Positions 37,130-50,444 of a DNA stretch of 64,000 nt are shown here, in pieces. The DNA is taken from assembly GCA_047967505.1 (NCBI GenBank), contig CM106538.1; one strand, given 5' to 3'. The position numbers and the translations under genes were made by a program. The notes beneath the pieces are model-generated. The model saw only the letters and a list, made by a program, of their open reading frames with translations. It was not told where the DNA came from and searched no databases. Every line of letters starts with the position of its first letter. The stretch's first letter is position 1. The stretch is from Dipteris shenzhenensis (Eukaryota).

Positions 37130-37799
37130 GTATGATAATAATATGCGTGGAAAGAAGGAAGGTTTCCAGAGAGTTGGTTTGTCTACAAGAGCCAGAAGGA
37201 GGAGGTTTCCAGAGAGTTGGTGTGTTCATAAGCTCCCATAGAAGTAGAAACTGCGGTCCCAAGGTTCGGATTTCGCATTTATGTTGGGTACTCTCAAATC
37301 TCACTGGCATCTTTCAAGACGTGCTTGACAGGGGTGTTTTCTATGAAGACCTGCTTGGTTGATACTTATCTCACAACTCTAAGCATGATATTCTCAATCT
37401 GTGTGACCTCCAATTAACAATAAAGTTAGAGTAGCCTGACAATATAAAATCTGGTGAGTTTCTCTATGGAAAGAATTAGTTGTTTATTGTAAGCCACTTT
37501 TTCGTTTGCATACGATTTATTCCTTCTATTGAATCTTCCTTTTTCTGTTTCTAATGTGCAACCTTTAAGGCTGAAGAATTGCTCTTGCTAACTTCGAAAG
37601 CACGCTATTGATGGAAGTTAAATTGCTCACAAGTAGCAAAGCGGAGTAATAGTTCTATCTACGTCTTAAAATGAGTAAAGGTGACACGCTTTGCATTTGA
37701 AGTTACTTTGCAAGGGTTCACAATATCTTGTCCTTGGTGTGGGGTAGGGAAGAATTTTAGCCGCCTTTTCATATGTGGGTGTGTGTGTGGGGGGGGGTG

Positions 37800-40700
37800 T
37801 TGGTGTATTCTCACAAAAAAAGTGTGTTGGTGTGTGGCCCACCGCAGCGTGTGTGTGAGAGAGTGAAGAGCCTAGGTTTCTGTGCCATTTCCGCTACCTC
37901 GCTCCCCTTTCGTGCTGTACGGCTGTCCATACAGATCTGCACCTTTTCGTACAGATTCTGCGCCTGTTGTACGGCTGTTCCGTACAGGTTTTGCTATCCG
38001 TACAGATTCCATGTGCAGGCTCCGTACATGTTCTACGTTCCGTACAGTTCTGCGTTCCTCTGCTGTTCTATACGGATCCATCGTACAGATTTTACAGTAC
38101 AGAGATTCGCTGCTTTCCGTGCAATTTTGCCTTACAGATTTTCGTACAGTTTCACGTACTCATTCGTTGTGCAATTTCGCCACCTGCTGTTCCGTACAGC
38201 TCTGCTCCGTGTGTGTGCACTACACGTTTTATGTTCCGTACAGCTCTGCTTTTCCAGAAGGACAGATTGGGACAGCACAAAAAAACAGAAGCAGTTTGAG
38301 GGTCCGGATGACCTTGTTAATGACTCTTTTGAAGCCAACTTGGTTTTTGATGTAATGTATGAAGGCTTTGAAGACACGCGTAAAGCCTGGAAAGACGCAA
38401 CCCCTACTGTGGGTCTTATCATTTATGGTCGAGGTGGATGACATTGTTGGCCCTATGAAGGATTATGCCAAGCATGTTGTCATTATTTTCTTTCCAGGCC
38501 TCATGCCTGTTGCTGTAGATGTTGGAAAGTGGTTGACAGGGACTCTTGGAGGTTCATTTGTTCGAAAAGTTCATTATGCAGCACAAGACTTTTTTGACGT
38601 TATCATGACAGACGAGGAGATAAGCAGAGACTCTTGGAGTATTCTCCTCTGTTTTTTGGGCAGCAAATGGTACATGTCCTGCCATGGTCACCGACCAGGG
38701 ACTATCAAGCCCTCATTCGTCATAAATGTCCAGTTTGGGTGGAGATGGTGGATTTCCATAGTGTTTGGCTTTCCTTTTGCCTAAAATTGCCGCATCTCTG
38801 GGCAAGGTGGTCTGTGCTCCCAAATCGAGTGGGAATTCAAACAGATTTTGCATTTTGTGGGATACTGATAATCCCACTTCTAAGTCTTACTTTATTACAG
38901 TAAATAATGTTGCTATGGAAAGTGCTTTCTACAAGCTCAAGTGGGTCTGTTTGCAGGAGCTTGTTTTGAATGTAAGAAATTTGGGCATATGGCTTCACAA
39001 TGTCCTTTGCATGCGTAAAAAATGCCACAGGATCCTATGCCTACTCAGCTGCAAAACAAGGATAGCGCTGCCTCTCTTGTGATTAAGAACAAAGGGAATA
39101 AACAGGTATATGTTGCTCAAGAGAAAGGCAAAGCACTGGTTGTTGCTAATGGGAATGTTCATGCTTCATCGCCTTCTACTTCTCAACCTAAAACTGTTAC
39201 AGCTAGAAGACCCTTACCTCCATGCACTTGGAATGGTGCTTCTTCTAATGGCCACACCCCTGAAGAAAATTCGGGTGTGGGCATTACTTGGGCTGTTGTA
39301 AAGGCATGTCGTACTCTTTTCCCAGAGGAGGATATTATTGGTTTGTTGTTCTCTTCGCAGGCACTACTGTCACCTCAGGATTGGGCCCTGACCCTGAGGT
39401 GGATATGCAAATTTGATTTTTCTTTTTTGCCTCAACTTTTGCCTCAACTGTACATTCTCTATAAATATGTCATCACAAATTAAATGTTTGACTCTCAATG
39501 TACAGGCTTGTGTGATACTAGAAAATGGAAGGTAGTTTGGGTGTATCTCAACAATTTGCAGCCTAACATTGTGGCTTTGCAAGAGCACAATTAGCACATA
39601 TATGCGGGACAGCATGGTCACTTTCATGGTTATGATATCTTCTATGCTGGCCAGCATTCTTTTTCAGGCATAGCCTTTCTACAGTGGCATTTAATGATAC
39701 ACATGGAAGGTGGCTTGTTATGTAGTGTTTGATTCAAGGAGAATTTTTTTAGTTTGCCTCGGTCTATGCCCCACAATCATCTCATGATAACTGATCTTTG
39801 GAAAGAATCTCAACCTTTTTTGCAAGGCTTTACTTTTCAGCATAATGCATTGTCTTCTTATCAGACACGCCTCGATCATTGGTACAGGGTCAACCCACAA
39901 CATCATGATAATCTAACTACAAAATTGTGGGTGGATTATACCTTTGTGCATTCGGATCATGTCCCTTTATGGTCGAGAATTTCTTTGCGTGGCATGCCAG
40001 ATGATTGACTGTCACATAGAAGGTTGCTCATTGTCAACAACAACTACTTGTAGCATGATGCTTACAAGGCAATGGTTTATGATGCGTGTCAGCCTCTTTC
40101 TCGTCGAAGAGTCTCATTGACATGGATTATGCCTGGGATGCTTTTGTTGCCAGAATGCAATCTGTCATTAGGGGCTATGGCAAAAATTATATGAAGACTT
40201 TGAGGGAAAATGTGGCTCAGGCAAAAAAACTTGTCAATCTTTAACTAAGCTTAGTCATTTTCGGCCTCTCTCCATGGAAGAAAACACATCTTTATGTCAG
40301 GCTAGATAGTCTGCAAAGTAATGATCACAGGAAAGTATCTAATTAGGAGACAAGAGTGAGACAGAGAGCTTTCCAGTTGCTCATCTAAAGAATTTCTTAA
40401 AAGTTTACATTCCAAGAGGCAATCTTCAAATATTTTATGTACTCTTATACCTGATGGGGTTTGGACTTCTTCCCAAGCACAACTTGTTGTAGCATGTGTT
40501 GCTCATTTCTCCAAACAGTTTGGTATGACAAATCTCCCTTCACAAGAGGTTCTTTCAGCAAGGGTTGAGATCTTTCGTTATGTCTATAGAGCTAAAAGTG
40601 CCTTTTATTGAAACGGAATTATTTACTGCATTAAAATCCTATGGCAGATGAAAATCTCCAAGATGGGATGGTCTCACAGTTGAGTTCTTTCTTGCTGGGA

Positions 40701-43280
40701 TATTCTTAAGTTGCCTCTGTTAAGCATGATCAATATTGCTTGGGAAAATCAGCATTTGACAGATTCATGGAAAAAAGAAATTGTAAAATTAATTCCTAAA
40801 AAGCAGATATGTGAATCTCTAGCTGAGTGGAGGCCTATCACTCTTATGCATGTTATATACAAGATCATAACTAAAATGGTGGTTGATCGCATCAAAGGGT
40901 ATCTGCATGATGGCCTTCATCCTGCACAATATGGCTTTGTTCCTCGACGACATATCACAGACAATATTGCCAATGCATATGTTAGCATAGAATATGCCAA
41001 ATATACTGAGCATGATGTTTTATTATTATAGGTTGATATTCCTAAAGCTTTTGACACAATCCAATGGGCTTTTATAGTACAGATCATGTGAGCATTGGAT
41101 TTTGGTAAAAAATTGCAGCATCTTATCTACTGGCTTTATAGTGACAGTAAGTCTGCTTGCATACTGTTTGGAGATCTTTCTGAAGCATGGACTCTTAGGC
41201 GTTCAGTTCATCAGGGTTGTCCATTTAGTACATTACTTTATGCCATTGCCACACATCCCATGCTGCAATATATGGATCATTTAGTGGCTACAAACATGCT
41301 TAAATTTCGGAGTGGTACTATGATTGCTCAAGCCTATGTTGATGATTCCTTTTTCACTCCTAGGAATACTGAGCAGGATCTTTCATCTTTGATGCATGCT
41401 CTATCTCTTTATGGTTTCGTTGCTGTTGGTCTTCATGTTAATTTTCAAAAATCTAAGCTCTTGCCTCTAGACTCAAAAGAATGGCATTCTCTTTTATGGC
41501 CTAGTGAAATTATCCAATCTACTCAGCTGGTTCGTCACCTTGGTTATCCTCTTGATTACTCGTCGCTAGCAACCAGATCGGGTTCTTGAAAAGCTAAGGA
41601 AGAAACTTGAATACTAGAAACTTACTACTTGGCCATTGTATGTCAGGGTCTAGATTGTTCAATCCATTTTAATGGCATACATTCAGTTTGATCATGTTCA
41701 ACGAAGGGGATTTGACTGTTTTCATGTCTATGGTCATGGAAACATTCTGGCGCTCCAAACATGGCAAGAAAAGCGTGCGTTTTCTTTCAATGCAGCATCT
41801 CTGTTCACCAAGATGCATGGATGTCTGAATATTCTTAACCTTCATGTACAAAGGCACCATGATGCTGTAATTTATGCAGGGTTCTCAGCCATGGGCTGCC
41901 ATAATGCGTCATTCGCTTTCAAAACTTACAACCCTTGCCTTTGGATATTGGCAACCCACTCCCTGGGACTTCATTTTGGGTTCTATTGATGGAAAAATCA
42001 AAGGCTGTCCACTAGTTTCCAATATGTTGATGGATTGAAAACATATTCTTTCGCACTTGGATTGGCATGGCAGGGATGCTTTACAAGGTAATTCTTTACA
42101 TGCTGAAAGCATCCATTGGTCCAGAGTCTTCTGCCCTCCGCTAGCTTTGCAGGAGCCTGACCATTCTTATTTTTTGAGTCTCAAGGGGATCCACTTGGTT
42201 GCAGATGTGATCCACGATGATGGGACCCCTCTTTCTTTTCCTTTGGCTGCTGCAAAATATAGCCTCAGCATGCATTATCGTCCGGTATGGCGTCACATTA
42301 TCTACATGATTCAAAATTTTATTCCAGTTCCTACTTTGGAGATAGAGGACCGGCTCTACTGTTGCAAGACTCGACTCTTCATTTGCCAAGGTCGACATGC
42401 CGTCCTTTGCGGCTATCTCATATTATAGTTTCTTCACTTTACAAAGTTATTTTGCCCTTACCTTGGGTTTCGCAGCAGGCAAATAACCTTTGGTAAATGA
42501 ATCGTCCTGTAAAGTCATGGCGACCAAGATTATGTGGGATTTGGAAATCAAAACTTCCTCGTCGACAATAGGTGTTTCTGTGGAGAGTTTTATTGGGAGT
42601 TTTTCCATTTGGGCAGGTTCTGGCACGTAGACATATTGCCCCGCCTATTTGTCATCGCAGATGCTTAGCTCCGCGGGAGACAATGCCTTACCATCTTTGT
42701 TTGGCACTGCTCTCATACATGTGATTTCCTTAGATTGCTGGGCTAGCTTTTGAGAACCAGATTTCCATTTTTTTTTTTTGGAAATGGCTTCTGGTTGTTT
42801 GAGATTCACCCACCTAGACAGGATTTTGATTTGTTTTTTCTTTCGGTTAGATATTGGGCACTTTGGACTCTGTGGAAAGATAGAAATAATAGAGTTTTTG
42901 GTGATCCAATTTCCTCACCTTACTCTTTCTTCAGGCACTCTTTGCAACACTCTTTTTATGATTGCCTGCAAACAGGGTCTAATGGATGGTGCAGAACGAA
43001 CTTAAGTTTTGTTTTTCCTAGACTTTTGGCAAGACTGATTATATGACAAATTGTGGAAAAGCTAAGCATGATGAATGGGTGCAATGGTGCATGCATAACA
43101 CTTGGTTTTTGCTTGCTTACATGAAAATCTTGTTTGTCTTACTTTTATTTCCCTATATTTGCTCATGCCCATAGAGACTTATGTTTGTGACTAATTAACC
43201 TATGATTTTGCCCATAGAGAGTAATGGACCTATGTTTGTGCATAGGTTAAGCTTTTAAGTATAGGTTAATCCTTTTTTCA
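37800..43280 (+). mobile_element. Degenerate near-full-length L1-clade LINE
   Basis: Repetitive 5' region; ORF1 remnants (HVLPWSP..PVWVEM; knuckle CFECKKFGHMASQC at ~38960-39003); APE remnants (TLNVQ, VALQEH, RLDHWY, SDHVP); RT (WRPITL, QYGFVPRR, VHQGCP, YVDD); zf-RVT-like LWTLWKDRNNRVF. Boundaries approximate. Confidence 0.85.
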
Positions 43281-46208
43281 AGAAAAAGAACCATCTGCTA
43301 GAAGCTTTGAGAAATTTCAACTTTAGCAATTTGAAGGACATTAAAATGAAAAAGGTAATGGTTGTTTTGGAGGGTCTCTCTTAATGTTAGCTCACCTTGG
43401 AACAAGTGCTAACAATAAGGGGGAGGGGTATACAGCCAACGGATACCTCGATGTATGTGAATCTAGGTCAACCCTTATAGAAACAACCATATCCTAGATG
43501 GCGCATAGAGTATAAATGACATGATGTCAAATATTGACGAGGCCCATCCAAATATCCTAGGTTGTGATGGTGAAGATCACCTCCCAAATGTTGTACTCCT
43601 TTAAGGGCTGTAGGCACCGTAGAGTCGAAGGGGAGCCCTCGAGTATGTCATGACTAGAGGTGTTCTTATTGTCAGTGAGATAGGCAAGCAAGGTCACCTC
43701 GATGGAGAAAGCATGCCTCCCCTTTGTTAGCCAAATTACTATGCCTCAAAAGAATACTCAATAGATGCTTTGTAACTTGGCTAAGATTCTAAGAAAGCCT
43801 AACCAGATCCTCTAGGGTGAGTCACCTATCTAGACATGGGCGAATATGGTCGGCCCCTTATGGGCCGATAGTAAGAAGAAATAGGAAACCTTCCTTAGAG
43901 CTGGGCATAAAGTCTAATAATAGCCTTAGTTGGGAACTGTTGCTCGATTCAGTGGCATTCCCTTGGCCTCTACATAGAGGCATTTTGTTATCCGAGTGGT
44001 GTATGTAAAGAAAGCCACATCCGCTATCTTGTTTGAGCTCCCCGCTTTGAATGGCCAGAACCTCTTCTCGAGGTTCTAATTAATCTCTCAACTGGAGAAC
44101 CATGAACACCATAGGAAGAGCCATTAACCAACTCTCCAACGACTCTTATCCTCTCCTACTTTAAAGAGGCTAAGATGCCATTGTCCTAAGGATTAGAGTT
44201 TATAGATTCAACTAGTTGTCCTTGGGCTATGTTGTAGAAAATTGAGCATGGATCAATAGCTAGAAGAGAATTATTTGTGGCACTCCTATCTTAGAGAACT
44301 GCATGAACCAGGCCTAAGCCCATTGTGCTAGTCGGGATGGCTTTGTCAATCTCCTCAAGCTTGCCTCGAGCATCCCCAGATTGTGTTATATCTAAAGTCA
44401 CTCCTCCATGTACATGGGGAGATGGCACCAAACTCCCAAAGAGCAGGCAAGTTCACTGTCACAATGTGCCCAGCTAACGTGTGGTGAACGAACATGTGTC
44501 CCTATTGATTACCGATCTCTGAATGCCAAAACAAGAATTGGCACTACAACTTTTTTCTAGAGTACGGGGTTTTCTAGATGAGGTTGGGTAAGAGGTGTCA
44601 CCACATCATTAAGCTCCACATCAATATGGCCCCTTCTCCGTTAGGGGGGGCTCTATGAACATTCACTGATGAGATTACTACTGCTAATGACCCTCAAGAA
44701 GCCCCCGCTAAAGCAAGAGCCTGGAGTGAGTCCTCACTTCCTAGAAGGGTCTACTCTACATCTCGAGGTCAATAACGCTCATCCCTTCCTTTGCCTAGGG
44801 GGATCAATAAACCTACCAAGCAACCCTTGCTACATGAGTCCTCCTGAGATGTCCCATACATCCTATGTGGAAACACTAGCATGAGCTGATGTACTAGGAT
44901 GTGGCCAAAAGAACTTCTCGTTCCGCTTGCCAAATATAGCCCGATTAAGCTCCAATAGAAGAGATTCTTGCACCCACCCACTCTCTAGCATCCAAGCTAT
45001 TGTTGATCCATTGAGATGTCCAAACCCACTTGGAAGCTATTCCTCAGAAACCTATTGATTTATTCCAAGTGATCCTGGCTTCAAATCTCCTATAATCAAC
45101 CTTTACCTTGTCGTATGCAAACTGAAACCCCAAGAGCTCAACATTCAAGACCGACATAAGGTGCACTAATTCATGGATCCTGCGGCTTGTCATATTATAA
45201 TATAGATATTTCATGTAATTTGCAACCTTTTGCTGTATGCAAAAATTGCCACCAAGATGGCCTCAAGGTTAAGGTGGGTAGGTCCAAGCATGAGGTTAGT
45301 TTTGAGTTATCAAAGATGCAATGCAAGCTCATCGACCAGATGCTCTAAGAACATCTCCTAGAATACATAAACAACACGATGTCGTTGCACAATATGAAGA
45401 TAGGGTTGTAAAGGAAATTAGGCACATTGTTGGAAGTGGATCCTCAAAACAATATCCTCGTGAACCTCATGAAATAGGATTCTTATGCAGCTCTTTAGGT
45501 AGAATCCAACACCGATGATATTATGTCCCACTTCCAAGATGTATGCATTCTAATCGATCATTTGTGATCAATGTTAAGGAATTCCAGATGTAGTTGTGGA
45601 GATCATTCAATCTATGTAAGGCTAGGAGTAAGGTAATACATTTAAACAAGAAAACTTTAAGGGACGAGAAGCTACAAGACCAAGATGCAATGCAATCCTA
45701 GTTCTGTCAATGCAGGAACTGACGAGAGTTGATGCTCAAAGGCTGTAATAATGTGCTAGTCACATGAGCAACATGATTTTTGTCATGCACATCACCATGG
45801 ATTACCACTTTTCAACGACAATAGCTGTGGACCATGCATCATTCATTAATGGCACTAGCTTGCTATAATTCTTGCTAGTCTTGTTGTTTGCTAATGGATC
45901 CTCAAGAGCTATATGCGCATCCATGTGTAGGGAGCTATGGAGATGAGGGAAGATGCAAAAGCAGAGTGAAGGATGCATGCACTAGAGACCTGGTAGAGCA
46001 CATCAATCAATTATTCTGAAATGTGCACATATTATCCATGCTCTCCTTGGAATGGTAACGTTAAATGAGGCAATCCTTAGAGATTGACAAAGAATGGGCA
46101 AAGTGGGCCCATAAGCGAGAGCAAGAGCATGCTCAAAAACATTGGCTCACACCTAAGCTTTGGATCTTTGTGATTCAATGCAATTACAGTGCACAATTTG
46201 ACATATAT

Positions 46209-46303
46209 GCCCTAGGGTGGATGATCATCAAGATGGTGCAATTCTTGTAGGAAGCCCTAGGGTGGATGATCATCGAGATGGTGCAATTCTTATAGGATGC
46301 CCT
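46209..46303. repeat. Tandem repeat, 2 x 45 bp
   Basis: GCCCTAGGGTGGATGATCATC.AGATGGTGCAATTCTT.TAGGA twice. Confidence 0.85.
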
Positions 46304-46625
46304 TGGTTGTTTCATGCCTTTTCTTTTGCTCCTCAAAATGATCAAGGCTCCTACTTCTAAGAAAATAATGGCCCACAATATCAATGATAGAAGAGCACTA
46401 TCATACACAAAGGAAATTATGGGTAGACTTGGGTGGCATGAGGAGCTATCCATGCGGCCCATTAACGAGATAGACCTTGCCTTAAAGTTTGTGTCATATT
46501 CTTTATGCTATAACAAATTGAAATAATTGTGTTTAATGCAAGGGTCACAGTGTTCAAGGACGTACCTAGTATAATTTGAGAAATTCACAAAATTGATGGT
46601 AGCACCCACAGATCTCACAGTAGAC

Positions 46626-46626
<1 letters not shown>

Positions 46627-46669
<43 letters not shown>
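46627..46669. repeat. (AG)n microsatellite at a LINE tail
   Basis: Perfect AG run. Confidence 0.97.
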
Positions 46670-46672
<3 letters not shown>

Positions 46673-47030
46673 ACGGCTTTAGGAGACCTCGTGGGTCTAT
46701 GAGACGATGTACAAAATATATGTAACCCATACAGGCCACTGTGGGCTAAAGCAAAGGGCTCACTAAGGCCCTTACTGAGTGCTAAGTGCTAAAAATGCAA
46801 AAAACTAGTACAAAATAGTAGGAAAAGAGCAATCAAGTACTGCTCACAACCAGAGCTCCAAGTACATGCGCAGGCTCTATATAACCCAGCTCCTTGATGA
46901 CCCTCTGATGTGATGCAAAGAGTTCACGTATCTGTGTCTGCCGGGCTATCTTCGACGGTGGCAGTGGGGGTTCTCTCCTAGATCTCTGTATCTGATGGGC
47001 TACAACACTTGTCGATTAACTATGACACTT
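46670..47030 (-). mobile_element. Short 3' fragment of a family-1 LINE
   Basis: Minus strand GTCTCATAGACC-CACGA-GGTCT-CCTAA-AGCC-GTT-AAT followed by (CT)n; the upstream boundary is approximate. Confidence 0.7.
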
Positions 47031-48889
47031 GCAGAGAGTGCGACTCACTTGTTAACAATTGTCATCTTCCTAAAGCAAGCCTCATCTTAGCCATACATCT
47101 GAACACGCTATTTCTCCCACTCACAACTATATGGATCTTCATACACCTCCAATTTTTGCTCCTCCAAACTCTCCTTTCTTTCCTAATGGGGTGCCCATAT
47201 TTCTAAGCAAGATTCATGACCCCTAGCCATGATTAGATGAAGCAGTCATGTGAGATGCACCAACCTAGCCGTCATGTTTGGAAGAAGATATGGGATGAAA
47301 AAGAAAGGCTTGGGCAAACACCAATGCACGAGCATGGAATACAAATCACATCACATTTAAAAGACATCACTTGAAGGACATAAGGATCGATATGAGAAAC
47401 ATTGAGATGGCTTTGGTGGCTTTGAGAGGCCTAAGTGGATGAAAAGAAATGAAAAAAAAGAATATGTGAATTCTGTAGAAATGCCCCGATAAAGCGGTTG
47501 CATAACTTATAAGGGGTACAATTAAGTAGAGTAAGACCTCTTGTCGGAAGAGGTCTCTCTAAAGACAACCAGTAGGACTAATGGATGACAAACATAGTAG
47601 TAACTTGTTGAGATGTACATGTTAGGCAATATGATTGGGATATAATGAAAATGAGAAAGACAAAGAAAGAGGTACATTTTGCTTGATGCTTTCTTCAATG
47701 TCTTTTGAGAGAACTTGTATTTACAAATTGTCGAATGCATCAATATGTCTCCCCAACCAGAAAAGCTCACTATTAATTAATTAGTTGTGGAATCGAGAGG
47801 GTGGAATGCCGATCAACTGAAGCCATATTAACATAAGGCGAATTAACTTTGGCGAAATAGAGAGCGAATTAATGTATTACGAAATCGAGAAGGTCCGAAG
47901 ATCCAAAAGCTTGGATTAACCACCCCCAACATGTTTTCAGTTAGAGAATATAACATTTCAAAGCATTGTTATGGTAAATTATGCGACATGAATAAGAAGT
48001 TACAACTAACGTGGGTCCTTAAGCATTATTTCTTTGGTTGCGCTTCATGCTAAAATGATTGTGAAAATGTGATGACGGTCTTCACACCATCAACTTGAAA
48101 CAGAATGGCTAGCCCATCAAGTGATGCATCTTGGGGATTACTTAGTGGGGGATGCTAAGAGGTTCTAGTGATGCACTCGTAGAAGCCTCATGTTATAGTC
48201 CTAGAAGCCTCACATTAAGATCGTTTTGATCAAAGACTTGACAAAGCCCAAGTCGTGGCATCAACTCTTGACCACAAGGTAGTTTAGCGACCTTCCAAAG
48301 TTATCCTTACATGTAGTTGTCAAATAGTCGTTGTAGAGAAATAGTTATTGAGGTGTGAGATTGGGAGAGGAGATGCTAATGTATGTAGGCCTCAAAACCC
48401 CACATGTCCCTTTTCAATCCACCACCGACTTCACTCTGAATGGAACACAGATAGTTGCCATGCAACAGCTAGAAATGTAAACTATCAAGAGAGTCACATT
48501 TTATAGAGAAACTAGTTTTCTGATTGTGCTGCAGACCAATTTTGGATTATTTTATTTCCCCTTTCGTCATGCTCCCTTTCTATGTATATCCTCTGAATCA
48601 CATGGCCAAATACACATCTGCAGAACAGACGAGTAAAGAAACCATCAGACCATCCAAAACTTCATTTGATTCAAACACTGTGCTGCTTAAAGAGAGAAGA
48701 TTTCAAGAATAAACAGAACGCATTCCCTATAGAGGTTCCTTGAAGTCAGAAACTAGCCGTTTAAGATGTAAGGTATGCAAAATAGCACAATGGTATTCTG
48801 TGCAAGTAAAAACGTGACGGCATCAGAAGAACCTTGTTGCTGGAATAATTTTATGTCATGGATAAATTCATGTTAAAGTAAATCATACC

Positions 48890-48942
<53 letters not shown>

Positions 48943-48983
48943 ACTCAACCATTATGGAATGAAATTCAAGTGCATGCACAAAC

Positions 48984-49430
48984 AGGGGTGGTTTGCACAA
49001 AAATAATAGAAAACAAAAAACTCAGATTGATCAGATACGGAATATGCAGGGAAATCTCCACTCACCAGATGGTCCAGGAACTGTTGCTAACAGTACTGGC
49101 ATTACCCTGCCCCCTCAATAACTTATTTGCAATTGTGCAACTGTGTTCCACTCTTTCCATTCTACAAAGACTTTCAAATGCTCATTCCAGTGTTTGCAAC
49201 AAATAGGGGTGGTTTGCACAACAATAACAGAAAACATTAAAAATCAGATTGATCAGACATGACTAAGCAGGAAAATCTCCACTCACCAGATGGTCCAGGA
49301 ATTTATGTCTAACAGTACTGGCATTACCCTGCCCCCTAAATAACTTAGTGCAACTGTGTTCCACTCTTTCCATTCTACAAAGACTTGCTCAAATGCTCAT
49401 TCTACAAAGACTTGCTCAAATGCTCATTCC
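48984..49430. repeat. Diverged ~220-bp tandem duplication downstream of the kinase stop codon
   Basis: AGGGGTGGTTTGCACAA..AATCTCCACTCACCAGATGGTCCAGGAA..TTCCATTCTACAAAGAC at 48984 and 49205. Confidence 0.85.
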
Positions 49431-49849
49431 ATCACCAAAAAACCAAGAGAAAAGAAAAACACAACCCACCAGTATGAAAACCTTGCCCTATCCATAGGAA
49501 GCTTTTCTTTTAAAATGAGAGCACAACAATTCAGGAAGGGGATGTTGTCTCTAAAATCAATTGACCTTTATCGTACCTTTACTCCAATGCCATAAACTTT
49601 ACAACAATTAAATTGGTATTTAACCAGGAAAAACAATGGGTTTCAATGCAATAATGAGGATAATGTCTGACGAACTTTCCCTGCATCAACCAAGACAATC
49701 CATGTACAAGCGCTAGCATCTGCTCCCCATTTGCAAGTTGATCTACTACATGTCAAACCGTCCTTTGCTATGGTCTGCCATCCTTCACCATATCCTTCCA
49801 GCCCTTTTATTTTTAAACCTCTTCCCATAGGTGCACTGACCTTCATCAA

Positions 49850-50444
49850 TTAAGAGGGATCATCTGCATCAAGCAGTTCACCTTCATATCTAATAGCGTC
49901 CAGCTTCAGATGCTTTCCGTTTTGCTGATTCGGCGTCTTCAAAGCCCTACCGTCCCTAATGTCCTTTAATAGGCTAACAACTTCAAGCATCGTTGGCCTG
50001 TCTTCAGGCGCACTTTGAGCACACTTTGTTGCCACATGCACAAGTCGCTTCAACTCCTCTTCTTCATACTGTCCTTGAAGTCTAGGATCTACTAATTCCT
50101 GCAAGTTCCCTTCTAGCACCAAAGGTGCTGCCCATTCCACTATAGTGCGCTTATTGCCTGGTCCAAGTTTCTCTATAGGTTTTTTCCCACTCAAAAGCTC
50201 CAGCAACAGAATCCCGAAACTATAAACATCACAACTCTCTGAAACTTTGCCCCACATTGCATACTCTGGTGCAAGATATCCGAGGGTTCCCTTGACTCGT
50301 GTTGTCACATGGGAGGCACCATCAGGAATAAGCTTTGCAAATCCAAAATCTGCTACCTGAGCCTCAAATTTGGAATCTAGCAGGACATTGCTTGCTTTAA
50401 CATCTCTATGAATAATGTGTGGTGTTGCATGATGATGAAGGTAC
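49850..50444 (-). CDS. Receptor-like cytoplasmic kinase (RLCK-XV / PTI1-like At3g15890-type), last coding exon
   Basis: Acceptor ACAG|G TAC at 50445/50444; YLHHHATPHIIHRDVKASNVLLD..DFGFAKLIPDGASHVTTRVKGTLGYLAPEYAMWGKVSESCDVYSFG (subdomains VIa-XI), intact to TAA. Confidence 0.92.

Noticed and set aside
43300-45300. Possible highly decayed Gypsy (IDYRSLNAK at ~44505-44530)
   Set aside because: A single short motif; no other ordered domains could be read.
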